Positions 11,641 through 26,000 of a stretch of 64,000 nucleotides of DNA are shown here, piece by piece. The stretch spans positions 24,434,401 through 24,498,400 of the forward strand of contig CM120641.1 in assembly GCA_051362555.1 (NCBI GenBank). The letters are read 5' to 3'. The DNA comes from Lingula anatina. Its lineage: Eukaryota; Animalia; Brachiopoda. The notes beneath the pieces were generated by a model that was not told where the DNA came from, made no database searches, and was given only the letters and a program-made list of their open reading frames with translations. A program made the position numbers and the translations under genes. Position 1 is the stretch's first letter, and every line of letters begins with the position of its first letter.

Positions 11641-14600
11641 TTATGTATAGTGGTAGCTGAGAATTGCATCATCATAACTTGGTGCCAGTGGCCTTTCATT
11701 ATGGCTAGATTGCATATGCATTGTCACTGGTCTTTGACAAACATCCATTCCTGGTAAATCCCGATGCACAACCTGGCGATAGCTTGGAAATGCAGTCTGC
11801 CTTTCATAGTCCACTTCATAAAAGGATGATTGGCATGTGCCAACATTAAGCAAAGCCACATTCTCCAACTGCCTCCATGTTTTGGGCTCAGTGCTGCTCT
11901 TTTTCAAAGGCACTTTGGACTCTCCAGAAAAGCCAGCTGATGACTTTGCCTCACTAGCAAACTCAGACAATTTTTCCTGGCCTGCAATCCCACATGAATT
12001 TGGTTGCTGAGTTAAACATTTGGTAGACGTGACGACAGTTTGTATCTTCTGACCCTTTGGAGTAGGACTTTCACCACATTTCTTTCTATGTGGAACATCA
12101 GTACCCAAATATTTTTGTTCATCAGTGTTCCTATCTGATAACATACTGAACAGTTCATTCTCTCTTCCGAAGAAGCTCATTTGAGGATTTGGCGGCAAGC
12201 CCACGTCTTGTCCACAATAATCTATAATCATTTCTTCACTTTCAGAGCAAGATTGGAAAGGTTTTTTTCCCTGTTGTAATGTGGAAATGAATCTTTTCTC
12301 TGCCTTCCACTCTTTCTGATCACACTTACTTGAAGATAATTGCTTGTCATCATTTATGGCAGTTGACTCTTGGTTATTTTCACCTGGGAATTGTAATACA
12401 GTTGTAGTCACAGCATCATTTGGAATTTTAGACTTGGGATCCGACTTTGGTATTGCTTTTTTTCCAAGTAGAGCGTTCATTAGGAATTTCATCAGGTCAC
12501 TACCACTCCGTGGTTCTTTATCCGACTCTTTGTTTGACAGTGTTTCTGAATCAACCTTTCCACACTTGGCATCAGAAGTATTCACCTCATCGGAAAACAC
12601 CTCAGATTTCTTGGGATAATTTGGAGGGATCCATTTCTCTCTCTGGGGATATACTTCAGCTCTAGGATCTGCCAGTTTACACTCCCCTTTTGCTTTCAGT
12701 GGAATGTACCTTGGAGGGACCTCCTTGCCCCTCAGCAGCGTGCGTCCATGGAACTGACCAGCAGTCTCTGGTGCTGTTCTCCGCACTGCTGTGCCCTCCT
12801 TTTCTTTCAAATTGCCAATTTGTAAACTGGGATTCACACCACTGGTTGTGCAACTTTTCTTACTGAATAATCTGCTGGGATTTTTATCCTCCTGTTGGTT
12901 GCCACCATTTCCAAGGACAGGGGAACCTATCTGGTGAAGATTAGATTGATTATCATAACCTAAACTGACAGATTCTGAGCCCGAGATTTCCATATCCACC
13001 ACCTCCAAATTTGTATTGTCCCCAGTGTGGGCCTCTTCTTGCATGCCCTCCTGGAGACTTGAAAGCAGGATATTGATGGTCGTTTGTATGGCAGCTAGAT
13101 CTGCCTCAGACTTTGCATTTTTCTTTTGTTCAAGCAGCAGACCTATTGTAGACTCTGATCCTCCATAATTTACCTCACAAGCATTAGGTTTGACTGTGCT
13201 TTCAGGATTAGAAATTTGCCCCCATGCCACATTTCTAGGGTCTGTATGATGAACAATGGTTTCATGATTAAAAATTTGCTCAGGCACTTCATATCTTGGA
13301 GCTGTCATCTTTCTTGGCCCCCCACTGAGTTGGTCACTGCATCCTGGAGGTTTTCTTAATCCCCCATACTGACCCATCAAAGAGCTTTGTGATGGACCAG
13401 CTCTTGGAGAAGGTGGCATACGCAGGCCTGAATGTTTTCCAGCATGCTCCAGCATCACCAAGCTGTCATCAGATTTGTTGTTTACAAGGGGTGGAGTGTG
13501 CAGTCCAGGATAGTTTCTTCTTTCAGGTGCTTCCAAATCTTTCTGCGACCTCTCCAATTTGCTTGTAGGTGGTGTACAATATGCTGAATATTGCCTGCTG
13601 GTTTCTGCCATTGGAACATGTTTAGGCTTTGAAGGTGTCTGCAATCCATGATTCACAATTATCTCTGGTTCCTTTGGGAACTTTGTAACCAGGCATCTTT
13701 CAGATGTATCAGGTGGGGTATGTCGACTAGTAGGAGGGTGGTACATATTGGATGTCCAGTCGAAATTTTTAACAGGCGGTTCCTCAAAATCCCTTCTTTG
13801 TTCTGCCATGTATGTTGATGGTGATGGAGCTGTTGGACCCTTTGACCTCAACTCTAAATCAGTCTGGCCCTGGCTTGACATATGCCCATTGCTGGATACA
13901 GAACGAATATGAAGAGGCTTTCGATCAAATCTTGTATTGCTTGTATACAGACTCATCTCCCATTCAAACATCTGGTCCTCCTCTGCTTTCAAAGCCTCCT
14001 GATGCGACCTGGAAAACACATCCACTGTTTGGCTTCTACATCTGGACTTCTTTCTTCTTTTAGTAAAACCGGTACCTTGGTTTTGTCCACAAGTCTGGTG
14101 CAGTGACTTACCATGTGTGTCTCCAAGTTCTTTACCTTGCCTGTCAGAAAAAAGATGCCTAGATACACCAACTTTATGGGCAAGATTCTGACCTTCCTGG
14201 TCCACAGGTTTTGCCATTTTCAGACATTCTGCATATGGTTGTTTTTTACCTTGAACTGATCCAATTGTCCCTTTGACATCCTTTATTCCATCCTTTGAAT
14301 GGCCAGGTACTACATCTTTACTATCTTTGGAATGTATTTGTGCAGAAACTTGATCAGGGAGTGAAATATTTGGCAAATTTTGGGCTGATTGGACATCCAC
14401 AGCACCTTTTTTATCCACATTATGAAAATTTTGTGTGTCTGCCTGTTTTAATGAAGTACCTGTGTCATAAAATACATCTTCATTCTTGTTTATCCTCTGC
14501 ACTTTATTCTTTCTTTGCTCTAAAGTATTTTCTGGGTGAAGTTTAGCTACCTTGGCTGGTAAAAGGCCACTTGTGTCCCCAAATTTCTTGTTCAGAGAAG

Positions 14601-15925
14601 CTAGAAAAGCTGCATTGCTTTCAGCCTCTTCACATTCCTGGTGAACAGTAGCAAAACGCTCAGATAATGATCGAAACATCTTTCTTTTAATCCCAGTATT
14701 TGGCACATTTGGTAGCTTTTGACAGGGACTGGTATTCATACTGTTGTTGTTCACTTCTGAAGGCTGCTCTTCACTTATTTCTTTTTTTCTCATTTCTTCA
14801 ATTTCTGTTGTACTGCTGACCAAATTGCTGTTCTGCTCGGCATCCCTTTTAGACTTCCTCCTCCTCCTTTTCTTTTTCTCTGATTTTACACTTGATTCAT
14901 TTGCATTTGCATTTTGATCTTTATTCTTTTGTTTCTTTTTTGAAATCTTTGACTTGACTACTTCGTAGAAATGAGATAATTCTACGAAATGAGATAATTC
15001 CCTGCCATTTTCCTCTTGGGTTTTCTTGTGACTTTCACTAACCTCATTGCTGATACTCAACTTCTGCTCAGCTACAACATTCGTCTTCTTCTTCCACACA
15101 CATCTGCTTGTATCTGAAAACTCTTTTTTCACAAGGTCTGCCTTTTTTGTATTAACTTTTTCTATGATTCTCCTCCCAAATCTACTTAACTGGTCAGTTT
15201 CTTCAGATCCTTGTCTTTTATGTTTATTGCCAGGCATTTTCTTGTTGAATGGTAAACTGTTATCCCAGCTGCGGCTTCTTTGCAAGGTAGCCTTGGCTGC
15301 TTCTGTTTTGCTGGACTGCCAGAATTCCACAAGTGCTACTGGAACACAATGGCTGGGACAGCTTGAAAAACCTTTTTGCTCGCAAAACTCATAAAGGTAA
15401 ATCTGGAATAAAAGAGACAGTCATATGTGTAAGAAAAGGCAAATGTTTTATGCATTTAAACTCACTACAGGAATAAATTCACAACTCTTGACAGATTTTT
15501 CTACCACTAACAATTAAGAAAATCAAATTTGTTATAAAGTAGAGCAACCTGAAATGAAATATTTGTTGGTAAAAAATAAGCTGCCACACCAGGCTGACTG
15601 TTTAAAAATAGGGGCCATTATACAGAATGTCAATCACTGAATGAAGTTTAAATAAAAACTTGATGAAATATAATCAAATGAAATAATGAATAAAATCTCA
15701 CCCTGGATTTATTCACAGCATCCTGAAGCCTATCATTGCAGGAAGGTTTGATTTTAGGGATGTGACTGTGATACCCCAAGGTTGGTTGAACTAAGTCCAG
15801 AGACGTCCATCCTGGATTTACATCAACATACTTTGCCCTACCTAACATTATCTGAAATTTAGAGGAAACAATTGCATAAATTACAGTTTCCATATAATTG
15901 TTTTAGTAAGAATACTGAGACAAGC

Positions 15926-15972
<47 letters not shown>

Positions 15973-18410
15973 CCAGCTAGTAGAAAGATTTCATCTATAC
16001 ACCATCATTATTCACATGATAAAAAATAATCAGATTACTTCTCGCCACTCAGAACATAAAGGCCATTCCTAAATCTTTTCTTTTAATTAACAACCCTTTT
16101 CAAATTCATGCCGATAAAATTATTTATTAGTAATACGATTCTTTCCCATTTTCATAGAGATATTTTCAGAAACTTAAAGAAACGCTTAAAAAATACTAAA
16201 GCAGCTAATTTTTCACCTTATACACCACCATGTATATTGGCTCGGAATATCTTTGAATTTCTGCCCAACCCTGACACACATCTGAATACTTGTACACCGT
16301 GACTCCTTTCGTAGGATCTCCTAATAGGTATTTGCCTCCATTCAGATTGCTCTGTCTAGATTTCAATCCATATGTGCAAATCTTTGTAGCCACAGATTTC
16401 TTTTCAATGGAAAATGCATACCACTCTTCTGTTTGCCATTGACTACAGCCCTGAATAAAAAGAGGTTAAACTATGGAAAATGCTGATTTCATCAATAAAG
16501 CTGTCAACATTTTAAATTATGATGAAAAAAGAACTGACTTGATACTAACTGGCAATAATCAGATGTTACCAAACAATCAGCAAACAACATTTTACATACC
16601 CCAAGACTATGTCTGACAGGATGTAACAATTTTCTTGACTGGCAAATTTATCAAATTGATTATTTGAAAGTAAAGTTGGAAAATCATCCACTTTATAAGT
16701 TAATAATAACGATATGAATGTGAACCTTAATTTCTATTTCATGAAGACGATGAGTAGTCTTAAATACAAATGATAATCAAAATTTTCTAGACTCTTAAGC
16801 TGTACACTTGAATTGCACACTTTAAATCAGCTATCTTCAACCATAACACTGGGATTTTTTAAATTAGATTCCGAAAATAATACTGGATATTTTTTCAATA
16901 CTTTTTTTTAGGACTGTACCCTAACACAGAATTCCGATTTCAGAAATCTTATGAATCTATTTTATGTAAAACCAATGATCTTACAATGACAACAAACATT
17001 ACTAGACATGAAATTACCAAAGGCCAAAAAATTGAGCCAAGGTCTGATAAATATAATAGGGAGCATTCACATCGAGAAGAGCCGAGGACTATTAAAGGCC
17101 CCAACCTAAATATGGCGGACCCACATGAAAGGGAAACCGCTTAATCCTGTAATTGTCTCTCTACCTCTCACATGGCTCCCCACGCATCGTCCCTCGACCA
17201 GTTGAATTGAGCCAAGATTTAATTGGGGACATGCAGGGACAATACATGGCGGAAAGACTAATGGATTAAGCGGTCTTCCTTTCATGTAGGTCAGCCATAT
17301 TTAGGTCACGGCCTTACTAGACCTCAGCTCTTCTCGATGTGAATGCTCCCATAATGAACCCTTTTTCTTCATTCACAAAATAGTGAAATGAAAATGGCAA
17401 AGGGTTGATAATGATGAACTACTTAAAACTATGCTATTTATATTTAATGGAACTAGTAGGCTTTGACATATTTGATATGATCAAAAGTCACTATACTACA
17501 AAGTATCCTTGATCTTTTATGGACTTAAGTATATTATAAATTTTATACATTGTGCACAAAACGAAAATATAACAATATGATATCACCATTATTTGAATCC
17601 CAGAAAAGTTTTTTTTCAGAATTCACAAACCTCTGCAATCATTTCCTGTTTCTTGGATTGGAAAATCTCCATAAGATTATCATTATAAACACGTGCCACT
17701 TTTCCAACCTCCCAGTTAGACTTCTTCTGATATAGGTAGCCACCTTCAACAATATCTAAGACTTGTCTTTCCTCTGGACTGCCTTTTTCTGTAAACTCAA
17801 GCACATCTGAAAAAGAATTTATTCGTGGTTATTATTTTAAAGAGATATAATGCCAGCTGAAACAACAAATGGCACTTTAATTCGCAGTATCCTGTAACCC
17901 CCACCCACAGCCTTTAATTCTAAATGTTTATCAAAATAATGTGGTGACTTTGATCATTGAAATAAATTAGATTGGAAAATTCACTCCTTTTTAAATCTTT
18001 TTCTACCTTTATCATTCAAACTCTATGGCAAATGAACTGATTTAAACCCTCCTTTGACCTTAGCTCTCCCATTAATAATTTAAGAGTTTGTACTTTCTTG
18101 TGAGAACGTGGAAAATTAACAAGTAGATTACCAAACACTTATGTTTGAATGTCATAGACACTGATCAAAGTCACCACACAATTAAGAAAGAAATGAAAAT
18201 CAAAGATTTGTTTGGAGGCTGCAAAAGTACCCAATAATCTTACCCAAATGGCAAGAAAAGAAGATAGAAGAAGAACCATGAAGGTTCCATGGTAAAAGGC
18301 CCACTTTTCAGAAAAAGAACCCTCCTTTTGAAATTGCTGGCTTGGAGTCTGATAGCCCATATCAACAAAGTGTAAAAATCATAACTACGCTTGAACCTGT
18401 ACTTACCCAT
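11641..18410 (-). CDS. DUF3715 (TEX15/TASOR-family pseudo-PARP) domain protein with long disordered C-terminus, about 1441 aa
   Basis: Exons (minus): 18410-18407 (ATG+G, in-frame stop upstream), 17806-17631, 16450-16217, 15851-15702, 15402-11641; phases consistent. The N-terminus contains VYNDNLMEIFQSKKQEM, EEWYAF, KICTYGL, LGDPTKGVTVYKYSDV, MVVYKIMLGR, PTLGYHSHI and IYLYEF...PSHCVPVALVEF. These parallel TASOR/TEX15 DUF3715 motifs as I recall them (ESYAF, ICEKGL, LGSPSMGVYLSRYAD, YYFYEY...PRHVCPYAVVSF). The remainder is the S/K/Q/P-rich 1229-aa ORF of the track. Confidence 0.8.
15927..15968. repeat. (TA)n microsatellite
   Basis: Perfect TA run in an intron. Confidence 0.95.
17059..17350. mobile_element. 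MITE (family D-related)
   Basis: TIRs GGGAGCATTCACATCGAGAAGAGC...GCTCTTCTCGATGTGAATGCTCCC extended by about 85-bp imperfect arms; 3-bp ATA on both sides. Confidence 0.8.
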
Positions 18411-20018
18411 TATCAAGAAATATTTATTTTGGATACTGAAGTATCATCAAACCCATGTAATCTGAAATGAAAAAGGTTAATATTCCAATATTTTTCTACT
18501 GTTCAATAAACAGATCAATGTTTGACTGATATGACTTTGAATGATATAGACTCTTTAGCACTTACATTTTGTTATTAACACTGAAATAAGGATATTTACT
18601 GATGTTGTGAACCAAGTTAACCGGCATTTCAAAGTTATAAATTTAACTTAACCAACAGCTAGACTGCATATACAGAGGATCTTGCAGCCGACGATAAATA
18701 TCCTACGCAGGCGATAGTTACAAACAAATAAGAGCTATTTTAAAGTAATAACAACTGATAACAACTTGTCAAGACATGAAAGCAAAATGCAATCAGTCAT
18801 GAACGTCAGAGCCATCCACACACAAATGATTCGTCATGACCGCAAATCTCTCTTGCAAGTTTTTTATCCAATGGCAAAAAGTACCGAAAGTTAATGTAAT
18901 GTACTTTTGTTAATCAATTGTATTCTATCACTCCAAACTGTCAAAATATACACCATACTCACATGGCACTGCCTGATCTCCTTGAGCAGAAAGTTCATCT
19001 TCTGCGTGCACACCACGGGGTGGCAGACGTCACAGCCAATCCTGAGTAGTTGTCGTCTGTCACACCTACCACAATGTCTCATTGTGCTGTGGCACATCTG
19101 AACTGAATGCATTTTGTGCAATGCAGTATTTGCTTGGGCTGATATAAGATATATATTTTGGATCCTAGGCTTGGGTAAGGGGATTGGGCGCTGATTATGT
19201 GTAGAGTCTACATAACTATTAAAATAAAAAGGGACTCCACGGTTGTAAAAATAGACAAAATCCTAATGAAATATATCTTTATTTGAATTTCAGTTGTTTT
19301 CCAGTGCAAGAGTCAGGGCAGGTGGGAAGTACAGGAGTTTTCAAGCTATGATCTTGTTATTAAAAACGTTTTGGACTAAAATATTTTAAGAGCAACAGTC
19401 AGACTGAAAGGGAAGTGATACCAAAGACCTAACATATAATCACCACTCATTTCTTTTTTCTCATGAAACATCTAATTCCAACTCAAGCTTCAAATCTAAC
19501 GCCAGAGGTATGACCCCCAAAAGCCAACAATATTCTTCTTTATTCAAGATGACCTTGTAAATTTACATACAAGAATGTACAATTTTCTCTACAGATAAAA
19601 ATATATATTCTTTAAAAATCATCCTATTAAAGGATATGAAAGGTTTTATTATAAAAGCAAGTCATTGTGGGAGTCCAAAGAGTTGGGTGATACTGCATTT
19701 TTTCTTTTCCATATGTGTAAGTTCTGATACAGGTTCTTCTCATGTTTCATGAACTCAATACTGTAAACTGATTCAAATTGGGGTGATATAAAAAATTAAC
19801 CTTCCTTATCAATATCCTCCATCAGCCTTCGCCATACACATATGAATCAAATGGTCTCAATGGAACAAATTTACCCAATATCTTACATGCATCTATCTTT
19901 CATACAAGAAAATGCAATGTTCATCATCATCATTAATTTTTTGTATAACATAACATATTCATGAGCCATTTCATTGCCTGTCTTTACATTTCAAAAATCT
20001 CCACACAGTATGCTTTGG

Positions 20019-23000
20019 TTAGGTGCTGTCTACTTCTTCTAAGTCTTCTTTCTGCATCTGTTCTATTATTCTTTTTCTTTCTTCAGCTTGCCTCATTCTC
20101 ATAAGCACTACACTTTCAAAGTCTCTCTCTTTAGTAGGAGGGTTCTGTAAGTTGTAAGATTTGGAATCTTCTTTCTGTGCACTTTGCTCCTCTCTTTTTC
20201 TTCCTTGCATGTGTTTCATTTTCAGCAAAACCTGACTTTCAAAATCATCCCCAGTGGATTGTGAATTCTGGAATTGAAATGGGAGAAGTAACTAGAGGAT
20301 CAGAGAGGCAATACTGCCTCAGGATATTGAAACACCAGCTGGAGTAAGCACATTCTTATGGACAGCAAAGAAAAAAAAAGTGACACCACCAAGTGTTGTG
20401 CTTGACAAGCTCTACAAAATGCAAAATCAAGAGTTCTCAAAATATGCTGAAAAAAGCAAAAAAAAAACAAAAAAAAAAACAGCATAACTTTTGTAAAAAT
20501 GGTTCAATCAAGCTGATTTTCAAACTTTACCTGTATTTTCGAAAGACTGATCACTCCTGTGATTTTCAAGACCTAGGCCTATTGATTATTTTTGAAATGT
20601 GTTATTAGTATTGCAAATGTGCTAAAAAAAGAGAAAAACAGCATAACTTTTGAAAAAATGGCCCAATCATGCTGATTTGTGGACTCGACCTGTATTTTAT
20701 GAATATTCATCAGTACCATAAGTCTGAAGACAGAAGGTTAAACAGTTTTCCACTTATTGTGTTATCACAGAAAGTGCAGGGCAACAGTGATGGCAGACGA
20801 CTACAGCAATGACAGATGAAGGTGATGGCTATATCTAATAAAAACAGTGTACTTTACAAAAACTTGTGGCCCATTTGACCTTGAAATAAAGGTCAAAGGT
20901 CAAATCCAAGGGCATATTTGAAATCTCCACATTCGATAAGACTTCTGTAGTAACTTTTCCCATAATTTCTTCAGTTTAGGAGATATTTAGAATTTAATTT
21001 TCAAAAATTTTGACAAGGGTGCATTTCAACGAGCGCCACACCTAGGCCCATGCACTGACTGAGATAAAAAAAAAAAAAACAGGGGGTTCAAGTTGAGATT
21101 ATATGTGACCTATATCCCAGAGATGGGGACACATGCCCTTGCGGTCTAGGAGGAAAAGCAGTGACAGTGACTTGTATCCGGTGCCAGAATGCAGAGACAG
21201 CAGAGCTGTATGAAACGAATTGGGACTAAAACTATTAGTACAGCCAGCATACACGCTGGTGGTACTAATTACAGGTAAGCAATGTGCTTAAAATATTGAG
21301 CTCTATCTCCCTCCTTTCAAACTTTCATTTTTTTATTCATTCTTTAATCTGTTCATCAATATAGTAATAGAGATTTTTAACAATAAGAGGTTACATGCCA
21401 AAGTAAAAAAATCTAAAAATACAAAAAGAATTTCTTACAATATTAAAAACCTTGCAAATATGTAAAATAATCTATCATCAACATTTGTATAGATTTCATA
21501 TTTGACCATTAATATTACTGCCAGGAAATTATTTTACTTACACTGGCGGAAGCAAAATGATCTTGTTCCGAGCTATGCTCCATCTCTGTGGGTTGCCCAG
21601 ACAACCAAGTCAAGGTCAAAGGATTGGTTGGGTTCCCAACTTCATTCTGTACAGCTAATAGCTATGAAGTATAATCAGAAAAGATCAAACACAAAAAGAT
21701 GAATGGATGCATGTGCATTTTAATACCAACAATTACAAATAAATAATGTCATATTCAAATGCTCTGGCTGGGATAGGTTTTATAACTATTATTAATAAAA
21801 TAATCTGCTTATATGGACAGATTTACATCAGTTACATAGTTTTAAGTAATTTAAAAATTAACAAGAAGGCATATTACTTTATCCAGATTAACACGATTTG
21901 AAATGCTAATAGGACAACCACTCTAAACAGAAATCTGGTTACGTACAGCACTGTGTGCAGACTTGAACTCAACAATGGCACTGCCTTTCTTTTTATTTGA
22001 AACCAAGAGACAAGTAACTTCCCCATGCTGAAACAATAAAATAGTTTTATCAACAAAAAATTTCAGTTAAAATTCACAATTTTATGTGCAAACAATGGAG
22101 AAGACAACAGATATGGTGAATCAAAATGCTAGTATACTGATATAAGCACACTGCAACTGGTTCTTTTAAACCTTCAGAAGGGCAATTATAAACAATAAAG
22201 AAACCTTTCTAAAAAGTCTGTGAAGTTTCATTAATGTTAAGCATAAAAATGCAAAACAAACAATATTATGCTGTAAGTGATAATCTTAAACCTAGGCATC
22301 AATGTACCAACAAAATGAAAGGCTATATCAAATCAAATTGTTAACTACGACTGGGTTCCCATCCCTAAAGCGATCTAACAGGATCGGTCCATCTCCACGG
22401 GGTCCCTTGCTAAATTGCTTTCAGCCCAAGCGGCTTAGACACCTGGAAGGCCCACTAAAGCTGCTTAACGATAGTTAATTACCCCCTTTCAGCCTCAGCA
22501 GGCATGACTCAATCTAAGCTGCCCAAGTTAATTGCAATTAAACGAAAATCCCTTCGGAGATAGTTCGATCCAAAGTTAGTACCATAGTCTCTGGGAATGG
22601 TCTCTACTATTTTATAGTTCTGTTACCTATGCTGGCAATTGAATTAATATTTAATCTTAACTTACCTTTTTAAAAATATTATAAAGATTATCATATGAGT
22701 ACCCGCCATTACCGTCATCATTTTTCTTTGACTTCCATTTCACCTGAAACAATCAGGTTTAATAACATATGTTCCTCTCTCAAATTTTCTATAGATTAAT
22801 AAGGCAAAATCAATCATGGTGTTGTTCGTGAAGAAACAACCTGAAAAAACATACATACTATGAACTTTACAATATTTTCATCTGAGTCATTTTCATCAAT
22901 TGTTTACATATTCTGAAATATCTTTTTTTTTGCCACATTAAAATCAAATGACTTCAAGGAACTTCATAACTACATAATCTATGAAGAGTAAAAATTAAGA

Positions 23001-26000
23001 CACATGTAAATAAAATAATCCATTAAAAAACAATTCATGTAGGCTGAAGAGTAAAATATCTGTTACATATCATGTGCAGATATTTTGGTGTTATTACTCC
23101 AAGAGTGCAATACGTAGCAAACCTTTAATTTTGGCAATGTAGTGTCTTCCGAGTTTTCTTCTGAAAAAATGAAAAGCAAATGGAACTTAAATACTTTGTT
23201 AGACGTAAAATGCAACACCACAATGGGTCACTTATCAGAGAAGGTAGAAAAAAAACTCTTTCACATACTTCATGGTTTTCAACAATTTTCTATTTTTCAC
23301 AAATCATACATTTCGTTTCATAAAACAAAATCATGGACTGTATTCTTAAGTTAAATTCTCATTTATATACTTCAAAAAAGGGGGCTTAAGACATTACAAG
23401 CATGCTATTTTTAAAAAATCTTTCCTGTATGATTTTTTCTTCAAGTACCAAATTTTGGGCAAAAGAAAATATCTTTAAAAATCACAGAAACATCTTATCT
23501 CCATGAAACAGACAACAGTTCTTAGTATCATCCATAATTATGTTTACCTTTGTATTGTTCTTTATCTTGCTTGTGGATTTCTTCTCGAAGCCTGACTTGT
23601 TCATCTTCTAATAACCTAGAACCTTCTTTCCTTAGCCTTTCTATCTGAAAATAGATATTTTCTTGACTCAACCATGTTAGCACAGTACAACAGCCAGTAC
23701 AGTGACTGAAATATCCATGGGTGATGTGACCCAAAATAAAGACCTTACTGGCCGAAAAAGCCTGTAATATTTTTTCTAGATGAGACATTCATGCCATCAC
23801 AATTTTGGGCAAGTATATACAAGATTCCATTACTCTTGATATCAAGGTGTCTTGAAACTTTTATTCAACATTTATAAAATCATAAATGACGCATTTGATA
23901 TGTGTAAACTCTCAATAAAAGTCTAGGTTTAATTTGTTGTTTGTTCATCTGCTGAGAAAGATTTATAAGATTTATTTACATCAAACTAAGAAATTAAATC
24001 AATATACCTCAGATTCATGATGCAATTTGCCACAATACTTGCGGGTCACAGTTTCAAATTTCTATGTAATCATATAATGTTTCAGAGGCACTTATATTTT
24101 CCCTCAATGTAAATGATTAACTTTCCAAACATGTTCAAATAATTGTCCAACAGGGAGCCTCACTTTAATACACACACACACACATGTATATGTAGAGAGA
24201 GACACAAAAAGCAAAAAGATGTTACCTCTGCTTGCAAATTTCTGGCAGCTGTGGCATCTGCTGCCTTCTGTAATCCTGCAGCACTTTCCCTAGCCTCCAA
24301 ATCTATTAAGATAAATATACTGCTTTCAATATTTTAAAACAATTAAAATAACTTATGTAAATTCTATATCTTTTAAATACTGAATCTTTTGAGACAAGTA
24401 CACATTATTGACTCTAATATAAAGTTTGAGCAACAGTGTTCAAACACTCTCCTGGCACCAAATGTTTTTAGAAGAAATTTTGTTCAGAAACTTGAAAGAA
24501 TGATCCAATATATTAACTCAAGATCACTACAAATATCTTTACTTGAATGATGTAAATTATGAAATTAGGCTTGATTTTTTCACTTAAGTCAACGATGTTT
24601 TTCGTACAGACACAGTTACAATTGGCACTAAAAAAATATTTTAAAAAAAACACATGAAAAATACTTGTGTCTGGATGCAAAAAATGCAATCCCCAGTAAA
24701 TTGTAAAGGGGCCCGCACACGGTGAGCATTTGGCGCGCGCCCCTTGGACTGCGCTGTTTTCTCATCATTTGCGGGGGTATTTTGGTGAGATTTTTGCCTC
24801 TCACGCGGCTGAGCAAATTATCCCACATGTTTGATATTTTTGGTCTCTTGAGGCAAATGTCTCAGCGTGTGCAGGGTGCAAGCGCCGATTGCTCACACCA
24901 TGCTAACAATGCGCATGTGCCGGTAGCCAGTGAAGTCAACAAAAATGTACACAGTTATAGTTAGTCTGGTTGATTAACGTGGTCACCTTTTTCCAATACT
25001 ATCAGAATAAACAACAATATGTAATGTTTCCTTAAACACATGATCCCACAGTTCACAGTGCATCTGCTAGGGGCAGGCCGGGAGGCACCTCTGCAGAGCA
25101 GAGAGTGCAGCGTTTGCAGGGAGATGAGGAGCGCGAGCATCTGGCTCAGCGCAAATGGCGTGCACCAATTGCTTACCGTGTGCGGGGTGCTTAAGCTAAA
25201 CACAAAGTAAGAAGATAAAAAGGTTTGTCTATGCCATGATTAATATATGTGATAGGCCTATGTATACTGACCTTCCTTGAATTTTTTTCTCTTGCTGTCG
25301 AGCAATTTATTTCTTTCTTCTGCTGCTTTTTTAGCCTTGAGGGTATTGTCATAAGCTGCCTTAAAATATATTTCATATTCTTCTATCAATATCTAAAGAT
25401 GGTCACAAATTCTTTTGTGACACTTTTACATCAATCAGGTTAACAAATTATTCAATGAATATTTTTGAGTGTAAATAGAATTTCAAAAAATATCAATTTA
25501 CATTTTATTGACACAATATTGCACTTTTGTGAAAATTATATTACAAATATTCAAAATTGTTAAAATGTATCTAAAAGTATTTTTTTGCAAACAAAGAGTA
25601 CTACTACTACTTAGAAACTAGAATTGAAAGTGTCTTACTCTTGCTGCTGCATCTGTCAGAACTTCTAGTGCTTTAGACAACTGATGAAAGAGTTCAGCTA
25701 AAACAAAAGTATAACACATCCAATAAATGTCTATGTGGTATCTTTATGGTCCCGACTATAAAAGTTAACAAAATATAACATTTTTAAAAATGGATTTTAA
25801 TAAATATAAACAAAGATCTTAATAAATATAAACAAAGATCTTTTGCAATTACAGAATGAAAATATATATAATATATAAGGATAATACCCAATCACAATTC
25901 TTAACCAATTATTTAAAGTGTGTCATTTCCAAAGGAGCATACCTGCTTGTGGGTTGTCTGGATTTTTGTCTGGATGACACTTCAGTGCCTTCTTTCTGTA

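Noticed and set aside
12344-15394. Several plus-strand and alternate-frame ORFs overlapping the 1229-aa ORF
   Set aside because: Shadow ORFs of a long coding exon with no independent features.
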